This document shows positions 19,346 through 29,100 of a stretch of 64,000 nt of DNA, piece after piece (the stretch's first letter is position 1; the number at the start of each line of letters is the position of its first letter). This stretch comes from Ignavibacteriota bacterium (GTDB taxonomy: Bacteria; Bacteroidota; Ignavibacteria; UBA10030; UBA6906): contig CAWDEM010000008.1 in assembly GCA_963801355.1 (NCBI GenBank), positions 352,001 through 416,000 on the forward strand, in the 5' to 3' direction. The notes beneath the pieces were generated by a model. The model was not told where the DNA came from. It ran no database searches and worked only from the letters and a program-made list of their open reading frames with translations. Both the position numbers and the translations under genes were made by a program.

Positions 19346-19780
19346 ATGAAGGCGATCAGCGTGGTTGTTGTTATCGTGGCAGTCGTATCCGTCGTTATGG
19401 CCGGGTGCGCGTCATTGAGCGACGTTCTTGAGAGCAAGGAAGAGGGAACCGTCGAGGTTTATGCGGTCGATCAAAACCGGGCCTGGGAAATCGCAATGAC
19501 CGTGTTGCGATGGGAAGATGCGGAAACCATAGAGGAGCACCGCTCGGAAAACTACATGCTGACCACCGTGGGCGCGGACTTCGTCTCAGCGGGCAGTGTC
19601 GTTGGCGTGTGGGTGGAACCGGCAAAGAAGGGGAGCAGCAAGGTAACGGTTGTGACAAAGCGGAAAATGCAGACGAATATAGCGACGGGCTTGACGGAAA
19701 CGACCTTTCACGAGCGGTTTGCCCAGGCGGTGAAGATTGTCAAATCCGGTAAGTCGCTGCCAAGGAAAGCCCCCAACTGA
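19346..19780 (+). CDS. Hypothetical lipoprotein
   Basis: AAGGAG before ATG 19346; lipobox VMAG-C. Confidence 0.8.
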   Translation: MKAISVVVVIVAVVSVVMAGCASLSDVLESKEEGTVEVYAVDQNRAWEIAMTVLRWEDAETIEEHRSENYMLTTVGADFVSAGSVVGVWVEPAKKGSSKVTVVTKRKMQTNIATGLTETTFHERFAQAVKIVKSGKSLPRKAPN

Positions 19781-19839
19781 CAGCGTATCTCGTGTATCAG
19801 GGAGTGTTCGTGATCTTCAAACGGTGAAGGTCACTTGAG

Positions 19840-19948
19840 AAAATAAAATGCCGGACAGCCACACCCACTGTGGTTTGTGTCCGGCATTCGCATTGTTTAT
19901 TCGCTCCCCGAAGCGGGGATTTGAAACCACACGATTGGTGGATGTGGC
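19840..19948 (-). ncRNA. Candidate ~110-nt small RNA / attenuator
   Basis: Minus-strand TTGACA (19984-19979)-18 nt-TATCTT; two small hairpins; 11-bp terminator stem followed by a U-tract. Confidence 0.45.
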
Positions 19949-20001
19949 ACATGGAAGATAATACCGTCGCCCCGGGTTTGTCAAGGGAAAAGTGCGTCTG
20001 T

Positions 20002-20030
20002 TTGACAATACCTGAATATCTGCATACGTT
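20002..20030 (+). promoter_or_regulatory. Sigma70-like promoter (divergent from the sRNA promoter)
   Basis: TTGACA-17 nt-TACGTT. Confidence 0.6.
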
Positions 20031-20128
20031 CAGTCTAGAACCAGGGCGGGGGAAGGAAGGATCTGTCTTGGAAGTCTCGAACGAACTCACCTGGTGCAGG
20101 GTCGCCAGGAGTTGACAAGGGAGAAATC

Positions 20129-20353
20129 ATGAGCAGACACTCACAAGGGTCCACCGTTCTCGCCAAAAACTTTCCGAGCCGGGCACTAGCTGAAGCCGGT
20201 CAGGCGTTCCTGCAAAGCAACAATATCGAATCGATTCTCCAGGGCTCCGACATCGCCGGCACGGGAATGCCGCAAGGTTTTGACCTCTATGTGCAGGCAG
20301 AGAATGTCGAGACTGCGCGGAAGTTGCTCGAAAGACTGTATGACGGAATCTGA
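20129..20353 (+). CDS. DUF2007-like small protein
   Basis: GGGAG SD; F.S...AE....FLQSNNIES...LYVQAENVETARKLL pattern. Confidence 0.75.
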   Translation: MSRHSQGSTVLAKNFPSRALAEAGQAFLQSNNIESILQGSDIAGTGMPQGFDLYVQAENVETARKLLERLYDGI

Positions 20354-20407
20354 GGGGCCGGGACGATGACTCGCCTCGCGAATGCAGTGTCCGTGAGAGA
20401 CGACCAA

Positions 20408-20593
20408 TTACAGAAAGAGATCCTCAAATTGCTGTTCCGGGATATCGACCGGAAAGGCACCGAAATTCTTTGAAGCGGCATCTTTCGGGCGCGGCTCAGC
20501 GAAGCGCAACGAGAGTATCTGCTTGCGCATGTGTTTGATCAGCAGGAAGCTACCCACGGCTCCCACGATGAGAGGTATCCACACGTTTTTCAT
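20408..20593 (-). CDS. Small single-TM hypothetical protein (61 aa)
   Basis: GGGAG SD upstream; N-terminal hydrophobic helix VWIPLIVGAVGSFLLI. Confidence 0.6.
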   Translation of the reverse strand: MKNVWIPLIVGAVGSFLLIKHMRKQILSLRFAEPRPKDAASKNFGAFPVDIPEQQFEDLFL

Positions 20594-20855
20594 AGTTTCT
20601 CTCCCTTGTCACCTATGACCTTACGAAATCAGCGCCCAATCGTCAATCGGGCATCATCCGTATCTTCTGCCTACGGTGAACGCTCTAGAGTGACTGTGGG
20701 GGAAATAACCGGCCCCTTCCTTGCCTTTCAACATGACCTGGTGTACATTTTGGCCATATGCAGATCGGACTATTGTCAGAGAGAGGAAAATGATGCCTCA
20801 TAACTGGTCGGCAATTCTGGATTGGAGCGTCTCCGTGATCGCAGCAGACGCGGCC

Positions 20856-22667
20856 ATGAGAACCTCCGCCACCCGTCTTCTGGCCCTGGGATTTGTGCTG
20901 TTCCTGGGTGCCAGTCTCGCCATCCCCCAAATCACAAACCAACAGTCGGCGAAGGGATGGCCTCACCTGAAGTACGCAATCTACTTCACCTATCCGGACA
21001 TCGTGAAGCTGCTAGCGGACACCGACGCGATGCGCGAAACAATGGAGTACCTGGCTCCCATACGTGCCGAGAAGGTGTATCTGGAATGTCCCAACAGTGG
21101 GGACGGCAACGTTGCGCTGATGACAGAACTCGCCAAGCGCTTTCGTGACCGGGGTATGAAGGTCTGGGGTGCGATGGTGCCGACCGTCCCGGGCGGTCCG
21201 ATTTGCTACAACAACCCGGAGCACCTCGCAACTCTCGAACGGCGTGCGCGGATGCTTGCCCAGGTCTTTGATGTCTTTATCCTTGACGATTGGCTTTTTA
21301 CCACGTGCACGTGTGACCAGTGCGTGGCCGGCCGCGGCAAGTCCACCTGGGCCGATTATCGCACTCAACTGCTCCTCGAGAAGTCGAAGAAATACATCAT
21401 CGAACCCGCGCGACAGGTAAGGCCCGGTGTAAAAATCATCATCAAGTACCCGAATTGGTACGAAGGTCACCGGGAGAACGGATATGATGTGCTCAACGAG
21501 ACACTCCAATATGACGCAATGGCAGTCGGGATCGAAACGCGGACACGTGCAACTCATGATCAACACATTCCCATCTACAGCGGTTATGTCTTCCAGAAGT
21601 GGTGGTCCGGTGTCGACCCGGCGAAATGGGTCGGCAGCTGGCTTGACAACTATACCATGAAGGGGCAGGGCAACGACTATGTCGCACAGGTCTGGCAGGC
21701 AGTGCTGGCCCAGACACCCGAGATCATCCTCTGGTCTGGCGGACATCTCCACCACACCGGGCCCTTCAGCGACGTATATCCGCACTTCAGGTCGAAGCTC
21801 CCAGAGTTCGATCGCGTCGCCGGATTGCTGCGTGGATCTGCGCGGGGTGTTCCCATCTACCTTCCCTACGGCTCTGCAGGAGAGTACAATATTTTCGGAT
21901 ATCTCGGGATGGCGGGAATTCCGCTCGCTCCGGTCGGACAGTTCCCTGCGGATGCGCAAACGGCGATCTTCACCAGACACTCGCTCCGGGATTCCTCGCT
22001 TGCCGACAAGATGCTCGACCGTCTGCGCAATGGTCGGGACGTGTTCATGACGTGGGATCTTTTCCGTCAGCTGCAAAACACGGAGTTCAGAAACACATTG
22101 AATCTGCTCGATAGTGAGGGGAGCGTGTCGTCTTCCACGTTTAGAACCCGCATCGGATGGAATGATCAGGTGTTCAATGCGGACAGGCCATTTGTGTTTC
22201 CCCGCATTGTGACCACCACATGGCCGTACGCGCGCGCCGTCGCGGTTGTGCGGGAAGACAACGATTTTGGTGTAATGCTCAGCGTGAAGTACCTCAACGG
22301 TACTATCCATATCCTGAACATGCCTGAGAACAGCTACGACCTCCTGCGGCTCCCTGTACAGGCCCTCACAATGATACGGCACTCCTTTAGCAAGGAGATT
22401 GGTGTTCAGCTCGTCGGTCCAGGTGGGGTGGGTGTGTACCTTTTCGGAACCAACCAGTATGTCCTCTACAACATGAGCGACGAGTCGGCGTCCCTGTCGC
22501 TAAGATTCGAGCGACCCGTGCCCGCATCGGGTTGGCGGGATCTGGTGGACGGGAGGGTTTTGACGGTGACAGAGAACAGGCCTCCGGAGCACGGTGGCGG
22601 ACCGGTGTTCACTGATGTGGCTCTGACGCTTCCTCCTTTTGAAATCGCAGTGGTGCAGGCTCCGTGA
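20856..22667 (+). CDS. Exported hypothetical protein, glycoside-hydrolase-like (predicted TIM barrel plus accessory domains)
   Basis: Signal peptide from ATG 20856; ILDDWLFTTCTCDQC, IIKYPNWYE, GIETR; promoter TTGCCT-17-TACATT at 20721-20749. Confidence 0.7.
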   Translation: MRTSATRLLALGFVLFLGASLAIPQITNQQSAKGWPHLKYAIYFTYPDIVKLLADTDAMRETMEYLAPIRAEKVYLECPNSGDGNVALMTELAKRFRDRGMKVWGAMVPTVPGGPICYNNPEHLATLERRARMLAQVFDVFILDDWLFTTCTCDQCVAGRGKSTWADYRTQLLLEKSKKYIIEPARQVRPGVKIIIKYPNWYEGHRENGYDVLNETLQYDAMAVGIETRTRATHDQHIPIYSGYVFQKWWSGVDPAKWVGSWLDNYTMKGQGNDYVAQVWQAVLAQTPEIILWSGGHLHHTGPFSDVYPHFRSKLPEFDRVAGLLRGSARGVPIYLPYGSAGEYNIFGYLGMAGIPLAPVGQFPADAQTAIFTRHSLRDSSLADKMLDRLRNGRDVFMTWDLFRQLQNTEFRNTLNLLDSEGSVSSSTFRTRIGWNDQVFNADRPFVFPRIVTTTWPYARAVAVVREDNDFGVMLSVKYLNGTIHILNMPENSYDLLRLPVQALTMIRHSFSKEIGVQLVGPGGVGVYLFGTNQYVLYNMSDESASLSLRFERPVPASGWRDLVDGRVLTVTENRPPEHGGGPVFTDVALTLPPFEIAVVQAP

Positions 22668-22743
22668 GATTTCTATTTCCGCTATTGCGCCTCACAACCA
22701 ACCTTGCTATCTTATGCCCTGCATCTGATAGAGGAACCGAAGA

Positions 22744-23805
22744 ATGGATACACAACAGCTGGCTGCCCAGAAGGGTGAGATAGAATTCAGGAAGAAGCTC
22801 TACCAGCAGCAGGTGGAGGGCAAGAAGGTTCTTGATGATGAATTCGATGCATCCGGGATTGAAACACTTCTTGTCGAGAAAATGAGTACCACAATCGGTC
22901 AGATGAACGTGCTGCTGGAACGACATCTCGTGTCTTCACCGTACCTGGAGATTGGAGCGGAAAGATGTCAACGGTCACTGGTCATGGAAAATGATCTCGG
23001 ATTACACGGTGCGGCTATAGATATCTCGTTTGAAATGCTCAGAAGCTGCAGTCACTATCAGCATGTGTTCCACAAGGCCAAATCTCCGATCAGAATATGT
23101 TGTGATGCCAATACCCTGCCTTTCATGACGGGTTCGATTCGTTTTGTGTTTTGTTATGAAACACTTCATCACTTTCCCGAACCTGCTCCCATCGCGAAAG
23201 AAATACATAGAGTGCTCCTGCCGGGGGGGAGCTTCTTCTTCAACGAGGAGCCCTACAAACGGCTCTTTCACATCAATCTCTACAAGGGGACGAACGTATA
23301 TTCCGAGAAGACCTTGAAGAGAAGTAAGCTCAGAAAGGTGTTCGACCACTTTCTCTGTGAAAGGAGCTGTAATGAAGTTGAGCACGGCATCATAGAGAAT
23401 GAAGACATCACCCTTTCTTCATGGAAGCAAGCACTGCTGCCATTCGAAGAAAGAGATGTCACATTGACGGCGGGTGGTGTTATACATTCGGATTTGTTCG
23501 CCCCGGCCTCGCACACGAAGTACTTTGCCGCATCTCTCCTCGGTGGGCAGATTTCGGGCATTTGTCGAAAACTCACCGGCAACGGTAAGCCCAATCTCTC
23601 CATCTATGACGCCCTCATTTGTCCTTCGTGTAGAAAAACGGGGAGTGAAGTACTGCTGAATCGAGAGAACTCATTGTTCCGTTGTCCCACGTGTTCGCAG
23701 AAGTTTCCAGTCGTAGATGAAGTGTTGTTTTTGTTTTCGCAGGACAAGCTCGCGGAACTGTATCCTGAGATCTCGGCCTCACTGCAATATTCCCCGAATG
23801 GCTGA
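22744..23805 (+). CDS. Class I SAM methyltransferase with C-terminal Trm112-like zinc ribbon
   Basis: LEIGAE, AIDISFEML, CDANTLPF, TLHHF, HRVLLPGG; LICPSC..FRCPTCSQKFPVVDEV. Confidence 0.8.
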   Translation: MDTQQLAAQKGEIEFRKKLYQQQVEGKKVLDDEFDASGIETLLVEKMSTTIGQMNVLLERHLVSSPYLEIGAERCQRSLVMENDLGLHGAAIDISFEMLRSCSHYQHVFHKAKSPIRICCDANTLPFMTGSIRFVFCYETLHHFPEPAPIAKEIHRVLLPGGSFFFNEEPYKRLFHINLYKGTNVYSEKTLKRSKLRKVFDHFLCERSCNEVEHGIIENEDITLSSWKQALLPFEERDVTLTAGGVIHSDLFAPASHTKYFAASLLGGQISGICRKLTGNGKPNLSIYDALICPSCRKTGSEVLLNRENSLFRCPTCSQKFPVVDEVLFLFSQDKLAELYPEISASLQYSPNG

Positions 23806-23826
23806 TTGTCGAGGGCAGTCCCTCCT

Positions 23827-25702
23827 ATGAAAAAGCTTCTTGCGCTTCTCCTCTGCCTTGCGGGAACCCTCTATGCTCAACACACGCGTTTTGTCATCGT
23901 TGTTGTGATCGACGGCGTGCGGTATACCGAGAGTTTCGGGGATTCCACACACCAATGGATTCCCAGAATATGGACGGAACTAAGGCCGCAAGGGGCGATC
24001 TACACTTCCTTTTTCAATGCCGGTATCACCACAACAAACCCGGGGCATGCAAATATCGTGACCGGCGCATGGCAGTCCATCACGAATGATGGTCTCACAC
24101 GTCCGCATACGCCGACAGTGTTCGAGTATTCCCGGAAGAGTCTGAGGACAGGGGCAGACCAGAATTTTGTCGTTCTGGGCAAAACGAAACTGAACATTCT
24201 CACGTACAGCGATCATCCAGAGTATGGCCCCTCATTCGGGGCTTCTGTCGCCAGCACTCCTTCAGAACTGGTTGACCAGCTGGCCGCCGATACGCTAAAA
24301 CAGGTTCTCCGCACGAATCACCCGACTCTGGCTATTGTGAACCTACCGCACACTGACAGTGTGGCGCACAGCGGCAGCTGGGATGGATATGTCTCTTCGT
24401 TGCGCGATGCGGACAGTCTGGTGTATGACATATGGAACACGGTACAAAACGATGCAGTCATGAAAGGGAAGACAACGATGTTTGTGACGAACGATCACGG
24501 GCGCCACACAACATTGTTCACCGATCATGAGGACGGGTGTGAGGGGTGCAGGCATCTCATGTTGCTGGCGATAGGTCCAGACACACCTCCCGGAGTCATC
24601 GACTCGATGCCGCGAATGCAGGTGGATATCGCACCGACCATTGGAGTACTTCTGGGCTTCGGGACACCCTACGCCACGGGCAAGATTCTCAGTTCGGCGA
24701 TTGTCGACTTTTGCTATGCTCACGATGTCGTGCTCTCGCAACCTTTTCGGGATTCCCTTCGCATTACGGCTCAGATCGCAAATCCCCTGGCGCACGCACT
24801 GAACGTCATGGTGACGCTTCGTGACAAACTGGGAAGAGTGATCGATAGTGTCGCATTGAAGGACGACGGCCTCCACAGTGACGGTGCAGCAAATGACGGC
24901 ACGTGGGGGTCTATGTATGCACCGGGTCCTGACGGCACCTTTCGCGCATCCATCCGGACAGATGATCCGGCGGCCGGCACATCATCGAGTCTTGCAGATG
25001 TCGCGCAATTCGCATTCACGCGCGGAGCTTTGATCGCACTGGATCCCGGCACGATTGACATTGGCCGCATTGCCAATACGTTACAAGTGCGCGATACCAC
25101 CTTCATTGTGCGGAATAACGGCTTTGCGCCGGACTCTCTCACGGTATCCATCGACCCTGTCAATGTGGTACCGGAAACGGCCGTTGCCGTCTTTCCGACG
25201 AGCTTCTACCTGGCAGCGCATGATTCGCAGGAGATACGATTCAGTGTATGGCCGCAGTTGCTTGTGCCCCAGTACTACACTGCCGGGATTACTGTTGTTC
25301 CCCAGGTCGGAATGGCTCAGACCGCACTCTTGAAGGCCTTCCTTTTCGAAGTAGTCATCGCCGGGGGAACCGATGAAGCCACCGGGGTTCCCGAGGAATT
25401 CGCATTACACCAGAACTACCCCAACCCCTTCAATCCATCGACGACTAATTAGTTACGGCCTGCCCGTCCGTTCTCACGTCCTGCTCACTGTCTTCAATAC
25501 CCTCGGTCAGCAGGTCGCAGTACTCCAGAATGGCGAACGGGAAGCGGGATATCACGAAGTGAAGTTCGACGCCGCGGGTGTGTCCTCAGGCGTGTACCTC
25601 TATCGGATGCAAGTCCACCCTCTGGTCTCCGCCATCGGACGGGACCCCAAGAGCGGAGCGGCGAGCTACGTGTCCACGAAGAAATTGGTCTTTCTCAGGT
25701 AA
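23827..25702 (+). pseudogene. Alkaline-phosphatase-superfamily T9SS cargo with a +1 frameshift in the sorting domain
   Basis: IDGVR, TTNPGH, DSVAH, NDHG motifs; LKDDGLHSDGAANDG (choice-of-anchor X-like). The ORF stops at 25452 (NPFNPSTTN*); the rest of the CTD (ISYGLP..TKKLVFLR) continues in another frame to 25702. Confidence 0.8.
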
Positions 25703-25718
25703 CCCGACACGGGGGAAG

Positions 25719-25758
25719 AAGGCAGGGCAGTTACCGCGAGGTTGAACTGCCTTGCTTG
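25719..25758 (+). terminator. Hairpin terminator
   Basis: AGGCAGGGCAGTT..AACTGCCTTGCTT. Confidence 0.55.
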
Positions 25759-25856
25759 AGTCGCCCGCAGGGTATGCACCTACGAGGCCAACGTCGCTCG
25801 TCAGCGCTTGCTCTTCAGCACCGGCTCTTCAGCGGCTCCTCAGCCCAGCGTGCGTG

Positions 25857-25885
25857 TTGACTTTGCTCATGTGGCGGCGTATATT
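25857..25885 (+). promoter_or_regulatory. Sigma70-like promoter of the large T9SS cargo gene
   Basis: TTGACT-17 nt-TATATT. Confidence 0.65.
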
Positions 25886-26110
25886 TTTGGCAGAAACGCG
25901 CCCAATGGCTACCTCAGCCAGTGGATCGCCGCGTGCGTACTCCGTGCCGCCACATGGTATGGAGCCTGGTTCTGACCGCCCAAGGGCCTTCGAAATGCCG
26001 ACATTGTCGGTAGGTATAAAGGGGAGACCGCTTTCGTTCCGTCTGCAGGACTTCCCTCCCTTTCTGCTTCTCATCCTCCACTTATGATACACGACCTGCG
26101 AGGAACTCGA

Positions 26111-29100
26111 ATGAACTCCTCTCCACGCAGCCTTGGCTTGCTCCTTCTCCTCGTCATGATTGGCGCTGCTGCCACGGGACAATTCGCCTCAGCCCAGACT
26201 CAGTTCAGCGGCACATTGACAAAGATAGTTGTCGACGTCTATTCGACGAATCGATGCCAGGACGGAGCCATCCAGCGCGATACGACTCATCTGGTTCTTC
26301 CCCCCGGTGCCACGGAGACTCCAGTGGACATCTCCTGTTCGTGGGCAACTCTCACCGGGAAGATCACTCTCCAAATCCCTGATGTACCAATCACAGGGAC
26401 GATTTGTTGGGACAGCAGCGCGGTATGCATCGATGGTGATTCCCCGCCCTCGGTGACCATTTCCATCTCTGCGGTGGGCTTGCTGAATTCGGCGATTGAC
26501 ACTACCTATGGCCATTACTTCATGGGGCTCATCACCATTCTTCACATTGGTGATACAACCAAGACTTGCCCCCAACCAATCGATAGCAAGTCGCTCAAGT
26601 TTCCCGGCAGTGTGACGTTGTCGGCCTCTTCGACGTGTGCTCCCCCGGCGCTCGGTGTTCTTGCCGACTCCGCACGGCGATATGTGGAGAACCAACTGGT
26701 CGAGTTCGATGCGGGACATTTCGCCTCTGTTGGGGCCTCCTTCGAGACTGGAGGTTCGTCTTGGACCTATGGTCTTGAAGACGGATACGGTCATCAGCAC
26801 GTCTTTGTTATTCGTTCGGTATACAAGTTCACCAGAAGTGTCCAGAACCCCGAGGTAGCGGTATGGACGCATCTGCCCGTTTATGCCGGTCAAGTAAAAT
26901 TCAGTAGCTCCAAAGACGAGAATCTTGTGACCATCGGGGGGTACAGCGCAGACATTATGTCTGTGCGACCCGAGTCACTTGTCGTGCGGGTTCCTCAGGA
27001 ATTGGTGGAGAACCGTGGTGATGCAACGAAGATCTACAATACCACACCGCGTGATGTCGAGGTGATTGCAAAAGTCCTCACCGGGCCGGGCCAGTATGCC
27101 GAGGTGGCTCGCTTCAACGTCAGGTTTATTCCGCCGCGATTGCTATTGTTCGATGAAGTGACCCGACCCAGCCCACCCATCCTGCAAGCAGTTTTCCAGA
27201 CGCCGGGCCAACGGGCTCCGCGCACATTTTGCTTCCTGGGAAAATCCACAGACGGAACCGCGGCTGTCAGATTTCTCAACACTGCAAAGGGTCTGGCCAG
27301 ACTACGCGTTCTCGGAAAGATCATTTCACCGCCGAGGCCGCCGGTCTACCCGCGGGGTGAACTCTATGACAAGAGCGACTCCCCATCGATCGGCAACATG
27401 GTCAACCTCGGGATCTCGAATACGGGCATTCAATTTCCCATCGATCTGGATGGGTGGTATATTATCGTTGCTGTGGCGGATACGTCTTCGTACGGGCCGT
27501 TTCCGGCGCAATTTCAGATTCACCTCGCAGGCAACGTTGGCCTTCCACAGAAACTGATCAACGGGTTGCCGGAACCGCCGCGTGGGATCCGTTTGGACAC
27601 GTACTTTAACCATCCAGCCCCGAGGACGGAAACCCTTGTGAATGGCGGTCTGGTTGCAGGGGAATGGGCGGAAACCGCCCTATTCAAATTCGCCAACCCC
27701 GTTTCTGTGACGCAATTTCCAATCGCCGTTCTCATACCACCCATTGTGGATGGCTTTCCGATCGGAACGCCCCCGGTGCGTGCTGCTCCACCGTCGAGAA
27801 TGGGCTTGTTACCCAATCAGGCAATTGATCCAACAGTACCAATGGCAACTACTCCGGGATCGGTTTCTCCAGTCCCAGGAACGGTCATTGACATGGCGCA
27901 GGTTCCCATCCCGGCCTCCGTGCTTGACCCCAGTCCTCCGGGCGGCGTTGCGAATCTGCTAGGACCGAACAACGGTGCCGGCGTCACTCTTCCCCTGACA
28001 ACAACGTCGGGAACGGTTTCGAGCGTGATCCTCGACATGGGCTCGGGCAATGAAATTGTCAACGGCCCCGATGCAGATCTGCGAGTTGTTGCTGCGTCGG
28101 GTTCTTACCAGGTTGCCGTGAGCAATACTCCCTTCGCGAATACCTTCATTCCGGTCGGGTCCGGCAACGGTCAGCAAGATTTCGACATCGCAGCCACGGG
28201 GCTCACCGTTGCACGATTCGTGCGCCTCACGGTGACGATTGGAAGCGCCGTTATCGATGGGGTGGAGGCACTCAATCTGTTCACCGACCAGATTCATCCA
28301 ACCGCCGGCCCGCTGGCGGACGTTGGATGGTCGACGATTACAGTGCGTCGTCAGAAATCGCCCGTGACCGCCATTGATCCACTTGTTGAACTGTTCAGTC
28401 CGGATGGATCCACTTTTGGTAAGAATGAGAGCGCGTTCGGAGATGATACAGATATCGATAGGAGTGATGCCGCACTCATCAAAGTAGCTCTCACGCAGCA
28501 GGGATTCTACCGCTATGTCGTTCGTGGGTATGACATTAACCCGGATGAACAATCATTCGGAGCATTCTACACCCGGCTGGAGACTGCGGGTGAGTATGAC
28601 AAGGTGGATCTCACGGTGAGTACGACATCGGAAGAACAAACCACTGCGCAGAAACAAGGAACGATCTCTCTTCCTCGACAGCGGGACTCGTATTTGTTTC
28701 AGTCGTCGGGTGCTTCGACGGTGAACATTGTCGTCAACGGCATCGGTTCCCCGGCGCTCGACGATCCTTTGGTCGAGCTGTATGATCCAGAGGACTTTCT
28801 GATTGCTGCTAATGACAACTATCCCGGTCGTGGGAGGAATGCAGTGATTACCGTCACCCTCCCGACCACAGGACGTACATTTCCGGATCCAAGTACTTAT
28901 CGGATTGTCGTGATGGGAGTCGACGAGACAGCTGGTGCGACTACGACCGTGGGGAACAGCGTCTTTCATGCGCGTCAGGAAAACGGAGGGAAATACGAGC
29001 TCAAGGTTTTCACGGGAGCGTTGACCGGCGAGGGACCAAAGGCTCCGATGGTTGCTGATCTCTCTCCCAACGCGGCTGTACAGGGAACCACGAATGTTCT

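Noticed and set aside
19902-19928. Minus-strand GGTTTCAAATCCCCGCTTCGGGGAGC resembles a tRNA T-arm/3' end (possible att site)
   Set aside because: No cloverleaf can be built and it does not match tRNA-Ser, tRNA-Arg or tRNA-Ala in the window.
21012-22382. 456-aa minus-strand ORF (likewise 42883-44205, 44524-45705, 57696-58769, and plus-strand 54925-56886)
   Set aside because: Antisense shadows of well-supported genes, expected from codon bias in GC-rich DNA; no family motifs.
25373-25702. Stand-alone 109-aa ORF
   Set aside because: It is the frameshifted remainder of the upstream gene's sorting domain, not an independent gene.
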